Below are positions 12,701-21,700 of a DNA stretch of 64,000 nt, in pieces (the first letter of the stretch is position 1; every line of letters begins with the position of its first letter). The translations under genes and the position numbers were made by a program. The stretch comes from Enoplolaimus lenunculus (taxonomy: Eukaryota), in NCBI GenBank assembly GCA_030248215.1, contig JASANG010001204.1, positions 248,001-312,000 on the forward strand. Direction: 5' to 3'. The notes beneath the pieces were generated by a model, which was not told where the DNA came from, ran no database searches, and was given only the letters and a program-made list of their open reading frames with translations.

Positions 12701-15700
12701 GTACATAAAAACTCAAGGTACAACCGGAAATTTTCCTCCGACTTCGGCAGAAAGTCGACTTCCATCTCCGATTCCGGCTTCGGTAGAATTTCTGTCGGAG
12801 GATCTAGTAATTTCGGCACTGAAATTTTGCATTGCTTTCCAACATTTATTTGTTTGGTGCGCTTCGCTTTATCTTTATGCACAAGTTTGAGGAAAAGGTT
12901 CTGAGATTTCGCAATAAATAAGCGTATAGATATTTGATCAAATTAGCAAATTAAATATCATTTTAACTAACTAATTTCGCATCAGCTCCGGCTCCGGTAA
13001 ACATTGTTGACTTCCGGCTCCTGCCGCTACTACGAACCAGTATTTTTAACCCTGGTTGCATCCCGATGGAATGTACCCAGTTGTATGCTCCTGTTCTAAT
13101 GATCATGCTGTCTAGATTTCACTAACTTATGGATAATGGCGCCTTTATACAATAATATTTGTACGACTTTCAGATGCCCACCGCTGCTCGCAATGTGCAA
13201 AGAGGTTTGCCCGCATAAATCAAAGTCGTTTATAATATTCGGTCCCACTGGACTTTCCAGCAATTTCTTCGCCGTATTCACTCGGCCGTAGCTGAAATAG
13301 CACAAAACCATATCATTCAGCAACTCGGTATTGTACCACCTGTCAGCGCGGTCTCACAGCTGAAGGGGTCAGGCAGGGCTGAGCCAAATGGAAGCATTCT
13401 GACATCCCTAGAAAAATTTCAACAATTTTTGTAAGTCAACGAAAACCACTGTAAATGAGCTGGCGACTGGTCTGTGTCAGCAGCTGGTCATAGGCCTTAT
13501 AACTTAACAACTAGTGAACAAACAGACATAATCTGGCATTGGGCTGTTTGAATTTGAGCCAGTGACAAAAAACAAATGTTGAGTATGTATATATAATTAT
13601 GTTTCAAAATACTTAGTATAATTGCTGGTCTATACCAAATCGTCAGATACAATTTTTTGTGCCAATCCAAATTTGCTTACTATGCAGCCAAGTGTAACGG
13701 CGATTTTTCATCTAAATTTTTCAAATTTAACGCAACACCAGAACGAATCAACATTTCTAACGCTCGCAGGTTGCCATGCGTTGCCGCCAAATGCGCTGGC
13801 GTGTTTCCTTTGGCGTCTTTTTGCGTTAACAACTGTGATGCTTCGGACTAAAATATTTCACCAATCGCTCCTTTTACTTTTAGAGGTGTTTTGTTTTTCT
13901 GCTGGACTGTCAAGGTGATCCAAAAACAAAATAATGCAATTTTAGTAATTTGTAAAACAGGAACTTTTACTATTTTGCATAAAATTTCCCATTCTGTCCC
14001 TACCTTGAAATGTTCTTCTTAGAAAAATTTGTTTGTAAAAAATACAATTTTTACCCTCAGAAATTTTTTGTGATAAAACCTTAACATTTTTCGCCTTAGA
14101 AAAATTTTTGGTGTCAAAATGATAAGGTCTCTACCTTACATTTTTTCCCTAAGAAAACTGTTTGGAAATAAAATGGTAAGGTTCTTACCTTGCAAATTTT
14201 GCGATTCATAACATTTGCCAGTCCGCCACCCCCTCCCAGAAATTTTTAGATCCGCCTATCCCTGCGTTTCCCGTCTGCTGCGCCGCTAGCACCTGATCTA
14301 AATTTTATCTCAACTGGCTACATTTCTTACCTCATCGCTAGCAGCATTTAACGTAACCTGAAACCCCGAACCCGATTCGACCAAATAGTGAACAACGTTT
14401 CGATTGCTTCTGTCGCGATGGAACAAATTTGCTCCATGTTTTTGTAACACAGCCAAGGTTCGTGTTTCGCCTCGGTTTGCCGTAAGCAACAAAGGTGTCC
14501 GATTGTCCAAGTCAGCGGCTTCTTTGCTTGCTCCCTGGAAAATATGGAGAACCAATTTCTGTGAGCCAATCGCATTTCAAATTGTTTAAGAGCGCCGAAT
14601 TAAACGTGGTGTAGGAGGGTCGGGTTTCCGTCCACGTGTCAAAACGAGCTTCTATCAGCCAAATTCTGATAATACAAAATTCATTAGAGAATCGAATGAT
14701 TAATGAGAAACCTGCTTTCCATATCGGCGTCGGCACCGAGCTTTCTCTCAGCTTAATCCAGTGTCACGGTTTAATTCCTCCCCCAGAAAAAAACGAAACT
14801 AGTTTAATTCTTCCCCGGAAGAACTAATTCAGTTTAATACTTAAATTCTTCCGGGGGAAGGAGTAGGATAAACGGGGGAAAGAATTAAACGTAACACTGG
14901 CACTGTTGTTCAAAATTCTTAAATAACACGGATTTGAGAAATCCTAATTAATTGCATAAAAATGTAGCCGTATATGCGTAGCGCTGATGGCCCTTTTTCT
15001 AAGTAGGGGTAGTAGTAAACATCATGTAAGAAATCTAAATTAAGCATAATACAATGGCAAATCAGATTTAAGGAACCACTCTTTTAAACGATTGGCTGCG
15101 GTCGTAAATTGCCTTAATTTTGATACTTTTTTGCGAATAAAGACTTGTGCTATGCAAGTGGTTCTCCGGTGCCACACGGCATCTCAAAAGATGGCCGTAG
15201 ATAGATGGAGAAAGGGACTTCGACCCCAAAACAATTTTTGTCCCTTCCAAAACAATTTTGCCTTTCCTCCAAAAGAGGTTTATCCTCGCATTAAATCACG
15301 GAAAATCACCGCAAAGGCTTAGGTATTAGCTCAAACGTAAGCGTAAATAAGGTCTAAGCAACGGCTAAAGGCATAGACATAGGCATATAATCCTTTTCTT
15401 AAACCTAAACCTAAGCCTAAAAGCATATACTGTGAAAGAGAACATTTACAAGATCCGCCTATTACATTGCAATCGTACGGTACCACTGGATATCCTCCAA
15501 GTAAACATGAGCTCTCTAAAGTCGTATATACCATTTCTACAAGAAAATCAACAACATCAGGATGATCAAACATTGCAGCTAAATGCAACGGTGTCATTCC
15601 GCCTGAGTCGCGTGAATCCAGAATTTCTTTTGAACATTGGTCACGTAATTTGCAGTCGACTGAGTGTTGTCGAAACATTTCTTTGACCAGTTCAAGGGTT

Positions 15701-18700
15701 CCTTGTGAACACGCCAGATGAAACGGAGTCGAATTGTCTTCTTGTTTTGCATCGATCCGGGCACCGAATTGCAAGCAAACACGAACCGCCTAAAGTTATT
15801 CAAAACGCCAATGTATATTTGAGGGCCGTAACGGCGGTATAAATGCTTCCTAAGCCCAAGCCTACGGCTAAGCCTAGGTGAAAATGTTAATGTAAAGCTT
15901 AAGCTTACTCTAGTGCAGTTCGACGAAAAAAGGGTGTGTTCCTCGTCTATAGATGGACCCATAAGGGCAACATAATAAATGTTATAAAAAGGATGCAGAA
16001 TTTTGAAAACAGCAATTCATTATTGCTCTCTTAGGAATGTGATCTCGACTGCCGTCTCATAATATATTACGTACGAACGTCATTGGCGTTTTAAAAATTT
16101 CAACTCCAACAGCATAAGCTAATCAAGATCAATGTTAATAATTATAAACTCGTCTCAGGCAAGTTTTTCGCTCTGAATTCAATTCAACAATACTAAAATT
16201 AATTTACCTGTACTTTTTGAAAACAGATTTCATTCGAACGTTCAAATAATCTACTTTCGCTCCTTAAAACATCTTATTGTGAATCGGGTGAAAAATTTTG
16301 GCCCCCTAGAAAATTTTCTACCTTGCTTGTGTAAGTTACCAAAAAGCCTTGTATGCCCCTCCTGAAAAAAGTTTAGCCCCACTCCCAGCAAGGTGAGCTG
16401 GCTAAGGGACTCTTGTGAATGGATGACCAATCAAATTTCATTCTCACTGCGCTTAAATATAGTAACGTTATTGGACTTACATGAAGATCACCACTGTTTA
16501 CCGCAGTATGTAATGGATTGTTTCGCTCGGTATCGGTATAGTTCAAAACCATTTCTTTGGTATATCCGTATTTTTCAGCTTAAAAACAGAAAACCTTGCC
16601 ACAATATACAGCGTTGTAGTATGAGCATTTAAAATATTTGGCAACCAACTTCTTTGTGATAATGTTGCATTCCGTTTTATTTTTGCTTCCAATCAATGAA
16701 GTTGACGTGAATTTTGGTAAACTCAAAGAAATATGCGAGAGGTGGAAAGAAAGTTCAACTTGGTTTTTATATTTTTTGCCCCCGTTACAAAATTTCAACT
16801 TCGCTTGTTAACCCTGTAATATCCTCGCATGCTTCGATTGTAAGCCTTGTAATATCCTCACATACGTTTCTTGAAGTTATGGCCTCCCCCTGTTAACGCA
16901 GGCCGGAACAAGTACTACCATCGAACGTAAAAATAATTGAGCTTGGGTTTAGGCTTAAACTTTAGCATTGAACTGCAATAAATTTGTTTTATTTAGAATC
17001 TTAAATATCACTTTCTTTCTAAAATTCAAACCGCTGCAACAATGCAAATAACGAATTTAACTTCTTTTTCGAACAAGATTTTAAAGTGTAATCAGTACTG
17101 TTTCTTTGTATCAAAATGAGGTCAGAATATTCAGAGGAACAAATTAAACAGTTTAAGTGTCAGCTTTTACAAGAAAGATCGGTTAATTTTTAAACCAACA
17201 AAGTATATATTTCTCTTTTTAAAGCTTAAACCTATGCCCAAACCCAAACAATGCTCGTTAGCGCACTAGTAATCAAACAATAGTAAACAGCGAGAACTTA
17301 AAATAACGGAATACGATACAAAATTTAATGGTATATTGTGGTAGCGATGTTTCGTAAGCTAAAATTGAGGGGTTTTCGGTTAGAGCATGGTGCGATCCAA
17401 AATTTTTCTGCTTCCTGTAGGTATCTCAAATATTCGATTCAGGCCCGTAGCCAGGTCACTTTGATAGACGGTTAAATATTTTTCAGGAGGGGCATCCAAA
17501 GCATTTCGATGACTTACATGTAAGGTTTAAAATATTCCACGTAAGCCAAATTCTTCCAGAGAGGGGCTGAGCTCCTTTGGTCCTCGTTGGCTACAGGCCC
17601 GATTCGGTTAAGACTGACGAAATATACTTTACCTTCAGTTAGAAATACTTCTATCGTTTGGCTTGAACCAGCTTTCGTTGCGTTGTGTATTGGATAGTAA
17701 CCAAAGTCGCACATCACGCATAGCTTGGCTCCGCATTGAAGCTAAAACATATATATGTTTATTCAGTAATTTTGAGCTTAGGATTTGCTTGCAAAAACGT
17801 TTTATGCCAATAATAATTGTCGGGGCATATAACCAACCAGCCAGAAAAAAACCCCCAAAACCACAAAAAAAAAAAAAAAAAAAAAGTAGCCAGGCTGAAC
17901 TGCAGCTTTTGAATTGATATACGGGGCGTTTTGCATTAATTATAGCTGGGTTTAAATTTTTTCAAATTTGTCAAAATTTTAAATCTCTTCGTGCCCGACT
18001 CTGACTACGGTCCCGTCATGACAGCAACCGGAAATGTTAGTAGAGAGAACAGAGAGGTATATGAAATGAAAATAAAAATGTTCCCAACATAGAATTCAAT
18101 TAAACATGTTTAACACCCTTCTCACATTGAGTTGCCTATAGGCAACTCAGCGCAGTGTATATACGTTAAATAATATATATCGCACCGTGTTTAACAATAG
18201 CAACACGTATACATAGTACTAAATACACAAGACGTGAGAGCCCTCTCGGGCTCGAGCATCAAGCTCCTATAGCTGAGCAGTGATGGTATACCCCTCCCAC
18301 TCCAGTCACTGGAGTTTGAATCCTAGCATAAAACTAGGTCTCAGGGGAAATCGAAAATATTCATGTGAGAAAGGGTTAATGTGATCATAGTTTTTGTAAG
18401 TGAATACACTGCACTAAATCTAAGATAGCGCTGTTTTATACCAGTGCTTGTGCAATTTCATGAGAATCGTCAGTTGCTGCGATATGCAATGCTGTCTGTC
18501 CGCGACGTCCTCGCAGGTTAACATCAACTTGATTCGGATAATTTCCAAGCGCCTAAAATTGAAAACTTTTCTTAGATTTTAGTTTTACAAATAATTTGAA
18601 TTTGCAACGAAGTAAGCAGCGATAAATAATATACTAAAACATAGCAACAGGTGTAGCGCGGTGGATACCTCTCAATCAGAAAAAGAGCCAATGTTACAAG

Positions 18701-21700
18701 CAATTTAGGCTGGTCCCCCTAACATTGAGGACACAGTAAACGGTCTGCCACGCTATTATGAAATTCCCAAAATACATAGTTTCCTTTAAAGTGAGGCGAG
18801 TGCATGCACGAGAGAATCGTTGTCTTGCTGTACAAGTGAATAAAGAACGAGTGCGTACACAAGTGTGGAATGAGTGTACACACAAATGTGGAACGAGTGC
18901 GAGAGCACGAGTTCTGCTCACATGCGCTGTGCGAGTTCTTGAGTCGCGTGTAAAGCACGACAGCGATGTCCGAGTGCACCGGACGCTTGAAGTAAGCTTA
19001 GCAGCGCGCGTTTCTATATCGGAAACATAATGTGCTACAACTGATTTGTACCCCGCTCTCAGAACAAACAACTAGATTTTTTGTCTTTTCTGTTCGTATA
19101 GCGCCACCGGCCGTGCGGTATAGCTGTTCAGCACACTTGAGGGAGGCACAGTTAAGGCACGCTGCAGTTTGCTTAATTGTGCATCAAACGGTTATGGCAC
19201 GCTGTGGCATGCGTGAACCGTGCTTCAAGTGTGCCGAATAGAGTTTTATACCCGAATTGCACGGTGGTTGTAAAACGGCTTTTAACAATATAAATCGTGG
19301 TACAAGTAACGAATTAACGTATGGATTTACCTGACTAGTAGCTGCAACTGTGGAATAGAGTACGTAAGTTACTGTGGAAGATTTGATGTATCAGAAAAAC
19401 GATTGCTATCAATGCCATACCCCGAATAATTTTACATTTACATACTGCTTCGTATTTGCAGGAAAGCGATTTATTGGTCAAACTCCGTTTGAATTCTGTA
19501 TTGAAAGATTTAGGTACTTTTTGGGTTCGCAGCACAAGAACTCCCCATTCAAATTTTTCGTAGAACTGAACCCTTCCGTTTCTAAAATCCTGCCTACGCC
19601 CATAAAGCACAGCGCCCTCAATACGTTGTTGAGGCTATTTTCAAGTAAAGCTATCTCGGTTATTGAATGATAGTAACGCTGTAAGACGTAAAATCAAATA
19701 TTTTACAAAGATTGCAAGCTTGGCATCATCCTACCACAACTGTGTCTACATTACGCGCCATAGTGGCTAAATGTATTGCGCCGTAAGAGTCGTTGTTCAA
19801 GACATTGCCAAATGCGTTAAATTTTAGCAGCATTGTGACCGTTTCTGCATGACCGCAATTCGATGCAACAAGAAGCGGTGTATTTCCTTTTAAATCGAAC
19901 GCATTGATATCTGGAATAAAAGTGTTTTATCTCATTTAGGGTTGTAATTTGATTTTTAACAGCGCTGCGAATACGATACACAACCGCCTTAAGTGAATCG
20001 GTTTTGTCTGGGCCTTGAGGTTCCAAAGCCTTCTTGGAATTATTCAGAATTAACTCCAGCCAGTTAAGATTTGCTCACGGCTGAATCAAACCAAATATTA
20101 TATTCGTGCCATCATTGATCAGTAGAAATGTACATACAAACTTTCCAATTCTATTTGAGACACTGATTGGATTTGCGATTTCGTGAGCTACACATTGTTT
20201 CCGTAATCATTCAAGTTACGTAAATACTTAAAATGCCGAGCGTATATGATCTGGGACTAACGTTTTTAGCATAATCAGAATAATATAACTGCGGTTGCAG
20301 AATTACGGTGAACCATCGTAAACCTAAATCAAAGCTCTGACTTTCTTCATTACCGCATTCGCTAAATTTTTCCATTTTCTTTAATTAAGTATCTGCTAAG
20401 TTAGCGACTAAAGTAATAACTTTAAGCATAGCTAAACTTCATCGGTAAGTAGATTTCAGAAATCGAGGTATTGTTCCGCTGCTAGAAATATAGAATATGG
20501 CCATCATCAGGAGCGCAGCAGCTGATCGAAAAACTGAGGAACACACGCCCTTGGGCGCAATATATAATGTTGGAAGAAACGTTTCGAGCGAAGCAAACAA
20601 GAAGCCAAATACAGTTTTAACGTTTTCTCGTAAAAAAACAGACTGTGCGCAACTTAGAACAATTTGTATACGTGAAATATGTATACGATGCGCAGTGTTT
20701 AACAAACACTACGCGTATGCGCATTGCCAAATGTTCTCAAGACGTGAGAGCACCTTCGGAGTTGAGCGCCAAGCTGCTAAACTATGTGGTGGTGGTAAAC
20801 GCCTCCCACCCGTCAGGCTATGATTATAATCCTGTATTTAAATAAAGTGTTATTACGTAATTGTAAAAATTCACGTTAAAAAATGGTAAATAATTATTGA
20901 GGGACGTTACTATTATATTTCACTACATTTTTTTATTCTGTGGTACGCAAAACATTCTGACTTCATAAATCGGATCCGTCTTGAGCATCGGCTCCACCGC
21001 TACTTTGGACTGACAAAATAGTCGCGATTTTTCGTTGTTCGAAACAACCTACCTGCGCCTTGTTCAACAAGGAATTCAACAACAGCTGTTCGGTTTTTTG
21101 ATGCCGCATGATGCAATGGTGTCCATCCGCGTGTGTCACACATTGTCAACTTTGACGGATCATCGAAAATAAGCTTTTTTACTTCGGCGAGATCGCCTCG
21201 AAACGATACCTATTAAATTGGAAAATTGACATCAAAATTCAAACTTTAACTATAAAACCGCTTAAAACTTTAAATCTTGATGTGTTCAATTCAAAGTTAT
21301 GCCCCCTAATATCTATTGGACGCATGTTTATAATTTAGGGAACGTTGGCCCATGTAAAGATCACGGGCGTAGAGTTTTTCTGCGGGACTAGAATAGAGTA
21401 AGCTTAAGTTTTAGAGTAATTTTTTTGCTTGGCTTAGGCTTAGGCTTAGGAATATGCTCATTCTTACGCTTAGGTTTAGGCTTAAGTTTAGGCTTAGGAA
21501 TATGCTCATTGCTCATTCTTACGCTTAGGTTTAGGCTTAAGTTTAGGCTGAGGCTTAGGAATACGCTTATAATACTGTTCCACACCTGTTCTTTACATTA
21601 CCCGAACGTTTAATAATCATATTGTCGTTACAATATCAACGAAAATGTGTGTAAAACCCTAATCACCTCTCTGCTGCAATATACTTACTAGAAAGTGCAC

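Noticed and set aside
18694..19241. Overlapping ORFs on both strands
   Set aside because: Derived from cgagtg-rich repetitive sequence inside a TRPA1 intron; no protein-like motifs.
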